This document shows, piece after piece, positions 36,026 to 46,271 of a stretch of DNA of 64,000 nt (positions within the stretch are counted from its first letter, which is position 1; every line of letters starts with the position of its first letter). This DNA comes from an uncultured Bacteroidales bacterium (GTDB lineage Bacteria > Bacteroidota > Bacteroidia > Bacteroidales > CAIXZF01), in contig CAZSQJ010000001.1 of NCBI GenBank assembly GCA_964608665.1, forward strand, positions 44,965 to 108,964, written 5' to 3'. The notes under the pieces are model-generated. The model was not told the DNA's origin. It was given only the letters and a program-made list of their open reading frames with translations, and made no database searches. The position numbers were made by a program, and so were the translations under genes.

Positions 36026-38467
36026 ATGAAAATACACCCTATGAAACCCGACCTCATGCAGTTATCGGATCTTTACGAAGGAGAAACAGAGTTTATCCCG
36101 CTGTTATCGCAGGAAGAGGAAGACCAGATGAATGCCGAAGATGTTCCGGAAGTCTTGCCCATCCTGCCGCTCAGGAACACCGTGCTTTTCCCTGGAGTCG
36201 TGATTCCAATTACAGTGGGCAGGGATAAATCTATCAGGCTCATCAAAGAATCTTACAGGGGAAATAAGACCATCGGAGTTGTCGCCCAGAAAGCCTCGGA
36301 AGTTGAAGATCCACAGTTTAAAGATATCCACAGTGTTGGCACTGTTGCAAGTATCATGCGCCTGCTTCAGATGCCCGACGGAAGTACCACTGCCATCATT
36401 CAGGGCAAAAAAAGATTTCAGATCGTGGAACCCGTGCAGGTGGATCCATACTTCAAAGCAAGTGTAAAACAATTTGATACAATTCGCACGAAAACCAAAT
36501 CAAGAGAGTTCAAGGCCCTGATCGCATCCATCAAGGATCTGGCCATACAGATCATCCGGATGTCACCCCAGATCCCGTCAGATGCAGCCTTTGCCATTCA
36601 GAATATCGAAAGTCCCGCTTTCCTGGTCAACTTCGTTGCATCTAACCTGAATGTAGACCTTGCCGAAAAACAAAAACTGCTCGAGGTGCCCGACCTCACT
36701 GAACGGGCGCAGCTTGTACTCAGTGCCATGACACATGACCTTCAGATGCTCGAACTGAAGAACCAGATCCAGGACAAGGTAAAAACCGATATTGACAAAC
36801 AACAGAGAGACTATTTTCTCAGCCAGCAATTAAAGACCATACAGGAAGAACTCGGTATGAATCCCAATGAACAGCACATGAATGAGCTTCGGGAGAAATC
36901 GAGAAACCGGAAATGGAGCAAGGAGGTGGAGGAAACATTCACAAAAGAGTTTCTGAAGCTGCAACGTATGAATCCAATGGCGGCGGAGTATTCGATACAG
37001 GCCAATTATCTTGATGTGATGGTGGAGCTTCCATGGAATGAGTACACCGATGATAATTTCGACCTTAAAAATGCACAGCGGGTGCTGGATGCCGACCACT
37101 ACGGCCTTGAGAAAGTCAAACAACGGATCGTTGAATACCTGGCAGTTCTCAAACTGAAGAATGACATTAAATCACCCATTCTCTGCCTTGTTGGGCCGCC
37201 GGGAGTCGGAAAGACCTCTCTCGGACGCTCCATTGCCAGGGCAGTCGGAAGAAAATATGTCAGAATGTCATTGGGCGGACTCAGGGATGAAGCCGAGATC
37301 AGGGGTCACCGGCGCACTTATATCGGAGCCATGCCTGGCAGGATCATTCAGTCCATACGCAAGGCAAAATCCTCCAATCCCGTGTTCGTCCTTGATGAAA
37401 TCGATAAGGTACTGGGAATGAACATCAACGGTGATCCTTCCGCAGCCTTGCTGGAGGTGCTTGACCCGGAACAAAACAGCTCCTTTTACGACAATTTCCT
37501 TGAAATTAATTATGACCTGTCAAGGGTCATGTTCATCGCCACCGCCAATACCCTGAGTACCATACATCCCGCACTGATCGACAGGATGGAGGTGATCGAG
37601 ATCAATGGCTATCTCCTGGAGGAAAAAATCCAGATCGCCAAGAAACATCTGATACCTAAACAGTTAAAAGAGCACGGAGTCAGAACCAGCCAGGTGGGCT
37701 TCACAGATGATATCCTTGAAAAAATCATTGAACTTTATACCCGTGAATCGGGAGTCAGGCTGCTGGAAAAGACCATTGCCAGGATTATCCGCAGCAATGC
37801 CCGCTTTATCGTCGAGGGAGAAAAGTACAATAAAAAGATCACTCCGGCCGACCTTGAAAGGATACTCGGGCCGGCGCCCTACCAGAAGGAAAAAGACACA
37901 CATATAAAGATTCCGGGTGTGGTAACCGGACTGGCCTGGACACCGGTGGGAGGGGAGATCCTCTTCGTGGAAGTAAGCCTCAGCAAAGGCAAAGGTGATC
38001 TGACGCTGACCGGCAACCTGGGGGAAGTGATGAAGGAATCCGCCACCCTGGCCTTTGAATACCTGAAATCACATGCAGCGGCACTGGGACTGGAACATAC
38101 CGTTTTTGAGGATTATCATGTCCATATCCATGTACCTGAAGGAGCGACACCCAAGGACGGACCTTCAGCAGGCATCACCATTTTTATTGCACTGGTATCG
38201 GCATTTACAGGAAGAAAGATCAGGCCGGGACTTGCCATGACGGGTGAAATCACCCTGCGGGGGAAAGTATTACCGGTTGGGGGAATCAAGGAGAAAATTC
38301 TGGCTGCCAAACGTGCCAAACTCACCCAGATTATCCTTTCTGCAGAAAACAGGAAAGACCTGAAAGAAGTCAAGGAAGATTATCTAAGCGGTCTTGAATT
38401 CCACCTGGTGGAAAGCATGATGGAAGTGGTCGGCCTGGCGCTGGAAGAAAGCGCTAGTCGAGAATGA
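36026..38467 (+). CDS. lon: ATP-dependent Lon protease (endopeptidase La)
   Basis: 813 aa. Walker A GPPGVGKTS and catalytic-serine context PKDGPSAG. LonA N-terminal domain present. Confidence 0.96.
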   Translation: MKIHPMKPDLMQLSDLYEGETEFIPLLSQEEEDQMNAEDVPEVLPILPLRNTVLFPGVVIPITVGRDKSIRLIKESYRGNKTIGVVAQKASEVEDPQFKDIHSVGTVASIMRLLQMPDGSTTAIIQGKKRFQIVEPVQVDPYFKASVKQFDTIRTKTKSREFKALIASIKDLAIQIIRMSPQIPSDAAFAIQNIESPAFLVNFVASNLNVDLAEKQKLLEVPDLTERAQLVLSAMTHDLQMLELKNQIQDKVKTDIDKQQRDYFLSQQLKTIQEELGMNPNEQHMNELREKSRNRKWSKEVEETFTKEFLKLQRMNPMAAEYSIQANYLDVMVELPWNEYTDDNFDLKNAQRVLDADHYGLEKVKQRIVEYLAVLKLKNDIKSPILCLVGPPGVGKTSLGRSIARAVGRKYVRMSLGGLRDEAEIRGHRRTYIGAMPGRIIQSIRKAKSSNPVFVLDEIDKVLGMNINGDPSAALLEVLDPEQNSSFYDNFLEINYDLSRVMFIATANTLSTIHPALIDRMEVIEINGYLLEEKIQIAKKHLIPKQLKEHGVRTSQVGFTDDILEKIIELYTRESGVRLLEKTIARIIRSNARFIVEGEKYNKKITPADLERILGPAPYQKEKDTHIKIPGVVTGLAWTPVGGEILFVEVSLSKGKGDLTLTGNLGEVMKESATLAFEYLKSHAAALGLEHTVFEDYHVHIHVPEGATPKDGPSAGITIFIALVSAFTGRKIRPGLAMTGEITLRGKVLPVGGIKEKILAAKRAKLTQIILSAENRKDLKEVKEDYLSGLEFHLVESMMEVVGLALEESASRE

Positions 38468-40466
38468 TGAAGCTGCGCGTGGAACTGTAGTCGCCTGCCC
38501 TCAGCATGTAAAAATACACTCCCGGCTTCAGGTCATCTTTCGATAGTTGGATAGCATAGGTTCCTGCCGGTTGTTCCCCGGTAAAAAGTTCCCTGATCGT
38601 CCTGCCGGTAGCATCCGAAACCAGTACCTTTACCATAACCCTTTCAGGAACAGTATAGTAAAACTCACTTCCTTCGCGGAAAGGATTCGGAAAGTTCTGT
38701 GTCAGTCCGTAGGCCATGGGACCGCCTTCCGGGCCTGTCACGGCAACATTGGTAGTTCCCTGCTTCAGTACGATCTGGTTGGCAGGGTCGAAAGTGAGCT
38801 GCTGAGGTTGTTTCAGAAAGATAAAACTGAACAACTGGTTGTTTACATCATTCATCACCCGGAATATGGTGTCGGTCCCATCCGTGAATTTAACCCTCAG
38901 TTCCAGTGGCATGGTAAAGAACACGGTATTTAACTGTGTCTGCTTCGCAAAGAAATTCACTTTCCATTGTCCGTTACCAAGGTTGGTCACATTATAGCTG
39001 TTCTGGTAAACAGGATGATTGGGCTGCATCAGCCACTCATCGAAAAACCAGTTGAGTGACTGGCCATAAACATTCTCCATTTTCTCCTGCAGGTCGATTA
39101 TCCTGGCGCTCTGGTATTTAATATTAACCGTATCCGTAGCGTAATCTTTCACTCCCTGGAAAAAGAGCGAATCACCCATCACATACCTGAGCATATGTAG
39201 GACACAGGCACCTTTTGCGTATGTGATGGAATAATTGAAGAGCTGGTTTGAAGGCGGAGTGTTCACTGCCCAGGAAGGATTGCTGATAGGCCAGCCTGGA
39301 TTGTTGTTGAAGTATGCGTCAGCATTTGCATCCACATCATCCTTATAGGCGGCATATCCGCTTTTGTGTTCCAGCCAGATCGCTTCGAGGTAGGTGGCAA
39401 AACCTTCGTTCAGGAAAATATCCGCCCAGGTGGCACAGGTGATCATATCGCCGAACCACTGGTGGGCAAACTCGTGAACGATCAGGCTTTCGTACCAGCA
39501 ACCCGGACAAAGGCTCGTCAATGTCTGGTTCTCCATGCCTCCCCACGTAAACTGGTTATTCAGTGTGGCAAAGCCGTTTTTCTCGAAGGGATGTTCCCCG
39601 AATTTTTCTGAAAACAGGGTACATACGTTACCGATGAGTGCTTTCATTTGTGAAGGATTTTCACCCTGGTTGTAATAGAAACGGATCGGGGTGGGCGGAG
39701 CTCCGGGATTGGCAGGATTGGTCCAGTAAACGATGTCGAGGTTATAATTGACCTTGGCGCTGATAACGGCCAGATACGTTGGCAGTGGATCGCGGCTGAT
39801 CCAGTGATAGGTAAGCTGATTCCCCACAATGGTGGAATCTTCCAGTCTCCCGTTAGACCCGAGTTTTACGTTCAGGGGGACTGTGGCCGTCAGGTCAAAA
39901 GTAGCCTTGTCCGAAGGCCTGTCCCAGCATGGAAACCACTTTCTTGCCCCTTCTGGTTCACAATCCGTAAACACCATTCCGCCGGAAGCATAGAAAGCAT
40001 TATCTGTCACATCCAGGTGATTATATTCAATCTGTACCTGAGCGGTCTCCCCCGGGGTGTATACCCGGTCGAGCATAATGCTGAGGATATTTCCGGTATG
40101 GGTAAAAGAAACCCCTGCAAGGGCCACAGACTGAATGACCAAAGATGTGTTGACGGCATTCAGGTTGATACTGTTCAGTACCGAATCGACGCGGAAAGTA
40201 ATGGTCACCGTTCCTGTAAAACTGTTGGGATAAGGGTTGATAAAGCAGTTATACAGATCGAGGACAAGGGTGTAGTTCAGCACATCATAGGAATGCTTCG
40301 GGCTGTTTGGTGAAAGGACAGCATCTGCTGCCCCGGTTTGGGATTTCCTGTAATGACAGATTTCTGATCCGCGCATCTTGCTGAAATCCTGTGCCATTGC
40401 ATTGAAATACCCCAAAAAGAGGGTTGAAAGCAGGAAAAATTTTATTCTCATGGATGATAATATCAT
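38454..40466 (-). CDS. M1-family zinc aminopeptidase with T9SS C-terminal sorting domain
   Basis: 670 aa. GAMEN-type WGGMENQ, HEFAHQWFGD-X18-E (NEGFATYLE). C-terminal PNPFREGSEFYY...GVYFYMLRAGDYSSTRSFIILD is T9SS CTD-like. Confidence 0.88.
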   Translation of the reverse strand: MILSSMRIKFFLLSTLFLGYFNAMAQDFSKMRGSEICHYRKSQTGAADAVLSPNSPKHSYDVLNYTLVLDLYNCFINPYPNSFTGTVTITFRVDSVLNSINLNAVNTSLVIQSVALAGVSFTHTGNILSIMLDRVYTPGETAQVQIEYNHLDVTDNAFYASGGMVFTDCEPEGARKWFPCWDRPSDKATFDLTATVPLNVKLGSNGRLEDSTIVGNQLTYHWISRDPLPTYLAVISAKVNYNLDIVYWTNPANPGAPPTPIRFYYNQGENPSQMKALIGNVCTLFSEKFGEHPFEKNGFATLNNQFTWGGMENQTLTSLCPGCWYESLIVHEFAHQWFGDMITCATWADIFLNEGFATYLEAIWLEHKSGYAAYKDDVDANADAYFNNNPGWPISNPSWAVNTPPSNQLFNYSITYAKGACVLHMLRYVMGDSLFFQGVKDYATDTVNIKYQSARIIDLQEKMENVYGQSLNWFFDEWLMQPNHPVYQNSYNVTNLGNGQWKVNFFAKQTQLNTVFFTMPLELRVKFTDGTDTIFRVMNDVNNQLFSFIFLKQPQQLTFDPANQIVLKQGTTNVAVTGPEGGPMAYGLTQNFPNPFREGSEFYYTVPERVMVKVLVSDATGRTIRELFTGEQPAGTYAIQLSKDDLKPGVYFYMLRAGDYSSTRSFIILD

Positions 40467-40498
40467 TGATTTGTTAAAAATGACAACTCCCGCGAGGT

Positions 40499-42229
40499 TT
40501 AGTTGTCTGCCAGTACAAGTTTTACCACGGTGGTACGGCCGTTTTCAGTGAGTTTTCCCAGATAGATCCCTGCCGGCATCCGCTGTCCGTTTTCATTCAT
40601 GGCATCCCAGGTGCAGAAATGCCGTCCGGCACCAAGTGGCTGGTCAATCAGTGTTCTGACCTTTCTTCCCTGCACATCAAATATCGACAGATTCACACTT
40701 GTAATTCCTGCAAGTGAAAAGCTGAAAGTGCTGGCATAACGAAAAGGGTTGGGGGTTACATTCATGCTCAGGCTGTGGCATATTCCACCATCTATGGAGG
40801 GGCCGGTACCGACGGCGCCCGTTTCAAACACATGAGGATCACTGGGACCGGTATAGGGGTGGAACTCCCTTCTGCCCGACGAATCGGCAGCAAAAATATA
40901 ATAGCTCACTACACTGCCGGCCGTTTGACCAGGGATATCGGTTTCGAAAAGGTTAAGACCGGTAGGGTACATCGGAAGGGCAGTATAACTGCCATTGTTT
41001 ACCTTATAAAACAATACCACGGAATCGGGATACAGACCAAAACCACTGTATGGGGTGACGCTGGCTTCCAGGGTATACTGACTGAGCAGGGGCTGGACGC
41101 CAAGCAGGGGATAGTGCAGAATCTCCAGCATACCCCGGTCGGCAATGCCCATTGTCCTGCAGTGCAGAGCATCGGTCGATGCCCATCCGTTGCTGCCCGA
41201 CAGGCCAGTAAATCCAAGCACCTCATAGCCCGGCATTGCAGTCTGGTATGCATGCAATGCCGCAGTGTCGTACTGGATTTGATTCATGAGAGGCACCAGG
41301 ACTTTTTTATTCAGAATCAATGAGTTGCTATACGGTTGATTGTTAGGGGTATTCACCCTGAACACTTTAAAGTTGTTACCGTAAGGAGAAACAAGGTTGG
41401 AGAAATAGGCTGCCGTGTTCTCAATATCATTGTATTGCGGATGTGTTGGGGGGACAGAGCGGATCAGCACCTTGTCGGGTGCCAGGAATTTTCCCCAGCA
41501 GTCAATGTGATCGATATAGGTATTGTTGGGGTCAGGCAGCATATCATAGGTATCCACACCAAGGTAATCAAGGGCAAGTTGCTCGATCTGCGAAACCGAT
41601 AAATTCTGATTTTCACTGATAACCAGGTCCGTACTGGCAGAGTAACCATAACCGGTTGTCATATAATTCCCTCCGGTGTGTATCAGGGGCATTCCGAACC
41701 AGGGTATGCCAAGCTGGGCAGCCAGTGTTTTGGGTATGGAATCGTCGAGGGGTCTGGGCCTGTTGTATGGAAAATCCACAATTCCCGTTTCCATATCACC
41801 GAAATGTACGAACCAGGGACCGTAATCCCTTGTCCAGTAAGAATTGGAGGGTGCAATCAGAAACTCGCAGTTACTGATGTTCACACCGGCACTGGTATAT
41901 GTATTGGTAACGGTATTCTGCTGACCGGTGCTGCTGACGATGGTGATGACTTTGCAATCCTGCGACATTTCGGCGATCAGGGCTGTCGGTATGCCAAAAG
42001 GGTAACGGATAAGGACCGCTTCCATAGGTTCGAATTCAGCAATATTCCTGATCTGTCCGGCAGGTGGAGGGGTTGCCACGAATCGCACACCGATCTCATG
42101 TGCCCGCATCTTCTCGGATGCCGTCATCTCATGTGTCAGCGGTTCATCTGCCTGATCCGACTGGGGAAGTGCAGGAACACTCAGTATGAGACATGCCAAA
42201 AGGCTCCATACGTAACTGTATTTAATCAT
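40499..42229 (-). CDS. Agmatine deiminase / Porphyromonas-type peptidylarginine deiminase family protein with T9SS C-terminal sorting domain
   Basis: 576 aa. YWTRDYGPWF, IDHIDCWGKF and C-terminal catalytic Cys context TDALHCRTMG match the guanidino-modifying family PF04371. CTD is VTPNPFRYASTFSFSL...GIYLGKL. Confidence 0.8.
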   Translation of the reverse strand: MIKYSYVWSLLACLILSVPALPQSDQADEPLTHEMTASEKMRAHEIGVRFVATPPPAGQIRNIAEFEPMEAVLIRYPFGIPTALIAEMSQDCKVITIVSSTGQQNTVTNTYTSAGVNISNCEFLIAPSNSYWTRDYGPWFVHFGDMETGIVDFPYNRPRPLDDSIPKTLAAQLGIPWFGMPLIHTGGNYMTTGYGYSASTDLVISENQNLSVSQIEQLALDYLGVDTYDMLPDPNNTYIDHIDCWGKFLAPDKVLIRSVPPTHPQYNDIENTAAYFSNLVSPYGNNFKVFRVNTPNNQPYSNSLILNKKVLVPLMNQIQYDTAALHAYQTAMPGYEVLGFTGLSGSNGWASTDALHCRTMGIADRGMLEILHYPLLGVQPLLSQYTLEASVTPYSGFGLYPDSVVLFYKVNNGSYTALPMYPTGLNLFETDIPGQTAGSVVSYYIFAADSSGRREFHPYTGPSDPHVFETGAVGTGPSIDGGICHSLSMNVTPNPFRYASTFSFSLAGITSVNLSIFDVQGRKVRTLIDQPLGAGRHFCTWDAMNENGQRMPAGIYLGKLTENGRTTVVKLVLADN

Positions 42230-42311
42230 AAATGTTTGTATTAGTCGATGTTCATTTTAAAAGTGTCCAAAATTAACAGATTATTCATTTACCTGCAGCG
42301 GGAAAGCTGAT

Positions 42312-42319
42312 TATCTTTG
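42312..42319 (+). promoter_or_regulatory. -7 box TATCTTTG for the substrate-binding protein gene
   Basis: Exact TAnnTTTG, about 20 nt upstream of the start codons at 42337/42340. Confidence 0.5.
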
Positions 42320-42339
42320 CCTGGGTTCAGCCTTCAGTG

Positions 42340-43983
42340 ATGAGAAACAATATGCCATTATATGTCCTGTTTTTTTGTTTAGTTCAGATTGCATCTGCCT
42401 GTAAAGAAAGGCTTGACAACGGTAAAACCGTTTTCAGGTACAATGAATCTTCCGGGATTACGTCTCTTGACCCCGCCTTTTCGAGAAACCAGGCGAATAT
42501 CTGGGCAGTGAACCAGCTTTTCAACGGCCTGGTACAACTGGACGACAAACTGGAGGCGAAGCCCTGCATCGCGCACAGTTGGGAGATCAGGGATGAAGGA
42601 CTCACTTATGTGTTTCACCTGCGCCAGGATGTGTTTTTTCATGACGATCCCTGTTTCCAGGATGGCCGGGGCAGGAAGGTGGTATCGGGCGATTTTGTGT
42701 ACAGTTTCTCCCGTATCATTGATCCTGCAATAGCATCACCGGGTGCCTGGGTTTTTACCAATGCAGACACGAACTTTCCCGGAGGTTGCTTCCATGCACC
42801 CGATGATTCCACCCTCCTGATCCGGATTAAGGAGGCGTTTCCGCCATTCATCGGGATACTCAGTATGCAGTATTGCTCTGTAATTCCTCATGAAGCGATC
42901 CGCATGTACCGGCAGGACTTCAGGAAACACCCGGTAGGAACAGGTCCCTTCAGGTTTCAATACTGGAAAGAAGGTGTGAAACTGGTTATGCTCAGGAATG
43001 ACCGGTATTTCGAAACGGAAGGTGAACACCGGCTGCCATATCTCGATGCCGTTGCAGTCAGTTTTATCGTTGACAAACAATCTGTTTTTCTGGAATTCAT
43101 TAAAGGTAATCTTGACTTTTTATCGGGCATTGATGCCAGTTACAAAGACGAACTGCTTACCCGGCAGGGTAGTCTGAACCCCGCTTATGCCGGTAAGATC
43201 AATATGCAGACACAGGCATACCTGAACACAGAATACCTGGGATTCAACCTTTCCGGAAAAAACGGCAAACAGGATAACCCCTTACTGAAGAAAGAAATTC
43301 GCCTGGCTGTCAACCATGGGTTCGACCGCAGGAAAATGATGCGCTACCTCAGGAACAATATCGGTATGCCGGGCATTTACGGTTTTATTCCGCCCGGATT
43401 GCCTTCATTCGACAGCACAAGCGGATCCGTTTATGATTACGACCCGGAAAAAGCGGGAATCCTGCTTGCCAAAGCCGGTTACCCCCGGGGCGAGGGCCTG
43501 CCGCCAATCACCCTGTCGACCAATGCCTCTTACCTTGACCTGGCTACTTACCTCCAGCAACAACTCAACGAACTGGGATTCAAGATAATACTGGATGTGC
43601 ATCCACCGGCCAGCATGAGGGAAATGATCGCTCAGGGGAAACTTGACTTTTTCAGAGGGTCCTGGATTGCAGACTATCCGGATGCCGAGAACTTTCTCTC
43701 GCTGTTCATTTCACATAACCATACACCATTCGGACCCAACTACACCAGGTATACAAATCCCGGATTCGACCGCATGTACCTGGAAGCCAGGCTTGAAACG
43801 GACGACCTTCGCAGAAATGCCATTTACCGGAAAATGGACAGCCTGATGATGGCAGATGTACCTGTAGTAGTTCTTTATTACGACCAGGTTCTCCGGTTCT
43901 CGGGAAAAAATATTACTGACCTTGGCAGTAACCCCATGAACCTTCTGACCCTTAAAAGGGTAAAAAAACAAAGGTCCGGTTGA
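42340..43983 (+). CDS. ABC-transporter family-5 (peptide/nickel, OppA/DppA-like) substrate-binding lipoprotein
   Basis: About 547 aa. Signal with lipobox IASAC. SBP_bac_5-like blocks (LDPAF...NGLV, WVFTNADT, GSWIADYPDAENFL). No permease or ATPase genes are adjacent. Confidence 0.8.
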   Translation: MRNNMPLYVLFFCLVQIASACKERLDNGKTVFRYNESSGITSLDPAFSRNQANIWAVNQLFNGLVQLDDKLEAKPCIAHSWEIRDEGLTYVFHLRQDVFFHDDPCFQDGRGRKVVSGDFVYSFSRIIDPAIASPGAWVFTNADTNFPGGCFHAPDDSTLLIRIKEAFPPFIGILSMQYCSVIPHEAIRMYRQDFRKHPVGTGPFRFQYWKEGVKLVMLRNDRYFETEGEHRLPYLDAVAVSFIVDKQSVFLEFIKGNLDFLSGIDASYKDELLTRQGSLNPAYAGKINMQTQAYLNTEYLGFNLSGKNGKQDNPLLKKEIRLAVNHGFDRRKMMRYLRNNIGMPGIYGFIPPGLPSFDSTSGSVYDYDPEKAGILLAKAGYPRGEGLPPITLSTNASYLDLATYLQQQLNELGFKIILDVHPPASMREMIAQGKLDFFRGSWIADYPDAENFLSLFISHNHTPFGPNYTRYTNPGFDRMYLEARLETDDLRRNAIYRKMDSLMMADVPVVVLYYDQVLRFSGKNITDLGSNPMNLLTLKRVKKQRSG

Positions 43984-43986
43984 CGG

Positions 43987-44748
43987 CTACAAGGTGATAC
44001 ACAGACCGTCCCAGGCCAGATGAGCACCTTCGGGCAACATGCTTTCAATATCGGCATGCTTACCCATCATATGACTGATGTGGGTGATATATGACTGTTC
44101 CGCCCCAACATGTGTGATAACCTCCAGGGCTTCCTCCAGATTAAAATGGGAATAGTGTTTTTTAACTCTTAAACCATTGATGACAAACACTTTACATCCC
44201 CTTGCTTTTTCCAGTTCCAGCGGGGAAATGTAGCTGGCATCTGTAATATAGACCAGATCGCCGATACGGAAACCCAGAACCGGCAAGCGGAAATGCATCA
44301 CTTCAATGGGTTTGACTGAAATATCCCCGACCAGGAATTCGCCGTTGTTGATTTTGTGGATATTGATCTCCGGGACACCCGGATATTTATTCTGACCAAA
44401 AGCGTAAAAGAAATCCCGTTCGATCGCATCCTGCACTTCCTGAGCTGCGTACACGTCAATGGCAGCACGCTGAGAGAAATTGAAAGCCCTGATATCATCA
44501 AGCCCTCCCGTATGATCCTTGTGTCCATGGGTCAGAAGCACGGCATCGAGATGCATCACACCATAACGCAACATCTGTTGCCGGAAGTCAGGGCCTGTGT
44601 CGATCACGATTACTTTCTCCCTGACTTCCACAAGCAGGGATGATCTTAAACGTTGATCCCGGGGGTCGTTTGACCGGCAAACTTCGCACTGACAGGTGAT
44701 CACCGGCACCCCCTGAGAAGTCCCTGTTCCCAGGAATGTGATTCTCAC
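43987..44748 (-). CDS. MBL-fold metallo-hydrolase (PhnP-like)
   Basis: 253 aa. MRITFLGTGTSQGVP, CxCxxC cluster and HGHKDHTGG (HxHxDH) motif. Confidence 0.85.
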   Translation of the reverse strand: MRITFLGTGTSQGVPVITCQCEVCRSNDPRDQRLRSSLLVEVREKVIVIDTGPDFRQQMLRYGVMHLDAVLLTHGHKDHTGGLDDIRAFNFSQRAAIDVYAAQEVQDAIERDFFYAFGQNKYPGVPEINIHKINNGEFLVGDISVKPIEVMHFRLPVLGFRIGDLVYITDASYISPLELEKARGCKVFVINGLRVKKHYSHFNLEEALEVITHVGAEQSYITHISHMMGKHADIESMLPEGAHLAWDGLCITL

Positions 44749-44759
44749 GGATAATTACT

Positions 44760-44767
44760 TATTTTTG
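44760..44767 (+). promoter_or_regulatory. -7 box TATTTTTG upstream of the dapA operon
   Basis: Exact TAnnTTTG, 60 nt upstream of the GTG start at 44827. Confidence 0.35.
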
Positions 44768-44826
44768 CTGTTGATTCAGCAGTAAAAGTAGACAATATTC
44801 GTTAATCCATCCCAAAACACACAGGC

Positions 44827-45387
44827 GTGAACCTTATTGAAAGCGTTAAAAACTATATTGCCCGCCGTTCTCTGCAGAAGGAATATCAGGGAATCAGAAG
44901 GCAAAAGGCGAATGTTTCCCTCGAACAGGCCAGAAACATTGGTGTGTTGTATGCCATTTCCGATGAAGAAACGTATAAGATCATTCACTCCTTTCTGAAA
45001 TCCCTTAAAACAGAAAGCCGCTCGGTAATAGCCCTGGGATTTCTGAATGATAAAAAGGTTCCAACCTATCTTCACCAGGGGGTGTACAACAGTATCATCA
45101 CCCTGAATGATGTTAACTGGTTTGGAAAACCCGTAAACCAGTACGTCAGGAATTTTTTTCGCGAAAAGTTTGATATTTTTCTGAATATCAGTAACGAAGA
45201 CCATTTTCCCCTGCTTTACATCAGTGCCTGTGTTAACGCCCGTATGAAAGTCGGCATGTTTAATGATGCCCATACAGCCTATTTCGACCTGATGATAAAA
45301 ACCGCGGAAGGGATCTCGCAGAAGGAACTGATCGATACCATGTTATATTATATCGAAATGATCAACCAGCAAAACCATGCATCATAA
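44827..45387 (+). CDS. Conserved hypothetical protein co-transcribed with dapA
   Basis: 186 aa. GTG start. 11-nt overlap with dapA. No motif recognised. Confidence 0.55.
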   Translation: MNLIESVKNYIARRSLQKEYQGIRRQKANVSLEQARNIGVLYAISDEETYKIIHSFLKSLKTESRSVIALGFLNDKKVPTYLHQGVYNSIITLNDVNWFGKPVNQYVRNFFREKFDIFLNISNEDHFPLLYISACVNARMKVGMFNDAHTAYFDLMIKTAEGISQKELIDTMLYYIEMINQQNHAS

Positions 45388-46258
45388 ACTTACAGGCACC
45401 GGTGTCGCATTAGTGACGCCTTTCAAAAAGGACAAGCAGGTGGACTACCAGTCCCTTGCCGGGATCATTGAACATATCATCAGCGGGGGAACAGAATATA
45501 TCGTGCTGCTTGGAACAACCGGTGAATCGGTAACAGTCAGTCATGAAGAAAGAGATACACTGATACGCTTTGTGAAAGACAGCGTTCACGACAGGGTGCC
45601 CCTGGTGCTCGGGATCGGCGGAAACAACACTTCTGCGGTCATCCGTACAATGGAATCGACCGACCTGAATGGCTTCGGAGCCATACTGAGCGTTTGTCCC
45701 TACTACAATAAACCACAGCAGGGCGGTATCTTCGCACATTACAGCGCGCTGGCACAATCAAGTCCGCTGCCCCTGATCCTGTATAATGTACCGGGCCGCA
45801 CCGGATGCAACATGACTGCTGCCACTACCTTACGGCTTGCATATGAGCATGATAATATCATCGCCATGAAGGAAGCATCCGGTAATCTGGCACAAATCTC
45901 TGAGATTCTGAAAGAAAAGCCTGAGGACTTCCTGTTGATATCAGGCGACGACAATCTGACCTTCCCGATGATAGCCCTGGGAGCCTCCGGCGTAATTTCT
46001 GTGACAGCCCAGGTGAAACCCCGTGCCTTCTCCGACATGGTAAGATTCTCCCTTGCAGGTGAGACGGAAAAAGCCAGGAAGCTGCATTTCGAACTGCTCG
46101 ACCTGATGAACTGGCTTTTTGCCGACGGCAGCCCGGCAGGTGTCAAAGCCGCCCTGCATATCCTGGGTCTCTGTGAAAATGAACTGCGGTTGCCCTTAGT
46201 CCCTGTCAATGAAACAGTGTATACGAACCTGGCAAAAATCCTGCATTCACAGCAATAG
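45377..46258 (+). CDS. dapA: 4-hydroxy-tetrahydrodipicolinate synthase
   Basis: 293 aa. GTGVALVTPF, LLGTTGES, YNVPGRTG and IIAMKEASG (Schiff-base lysine) blocks. Confidence 0.95.
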   Translation: MHHKLTGTGVALVTPFKKDKQVDYQSLAGIIEHIISGGTEYIVLLGTTGESVTVSHEERDTLIRFVKDSVHDRVPLVLGIGGNNTSAVIRTMESTDLNGFGAILSVCPYYNKPQQGGIFAHYSALAQSSPLPLILYNVPGRTGCNMTAATTLRLAYEHDNIIAMKEASGNLAQISEILKEKPEDFLLISGDDNLTFPMIALGASGVISVTAQVKPRAFSDMVRFSLAGETEKARKLHFELLDLMNWLFADGSPAGVKAALHILGLCENELRLPLVPVNETVYTNLAKILHSQQ

Positions 46259-46271
46259 GTCCCGGCATTAT

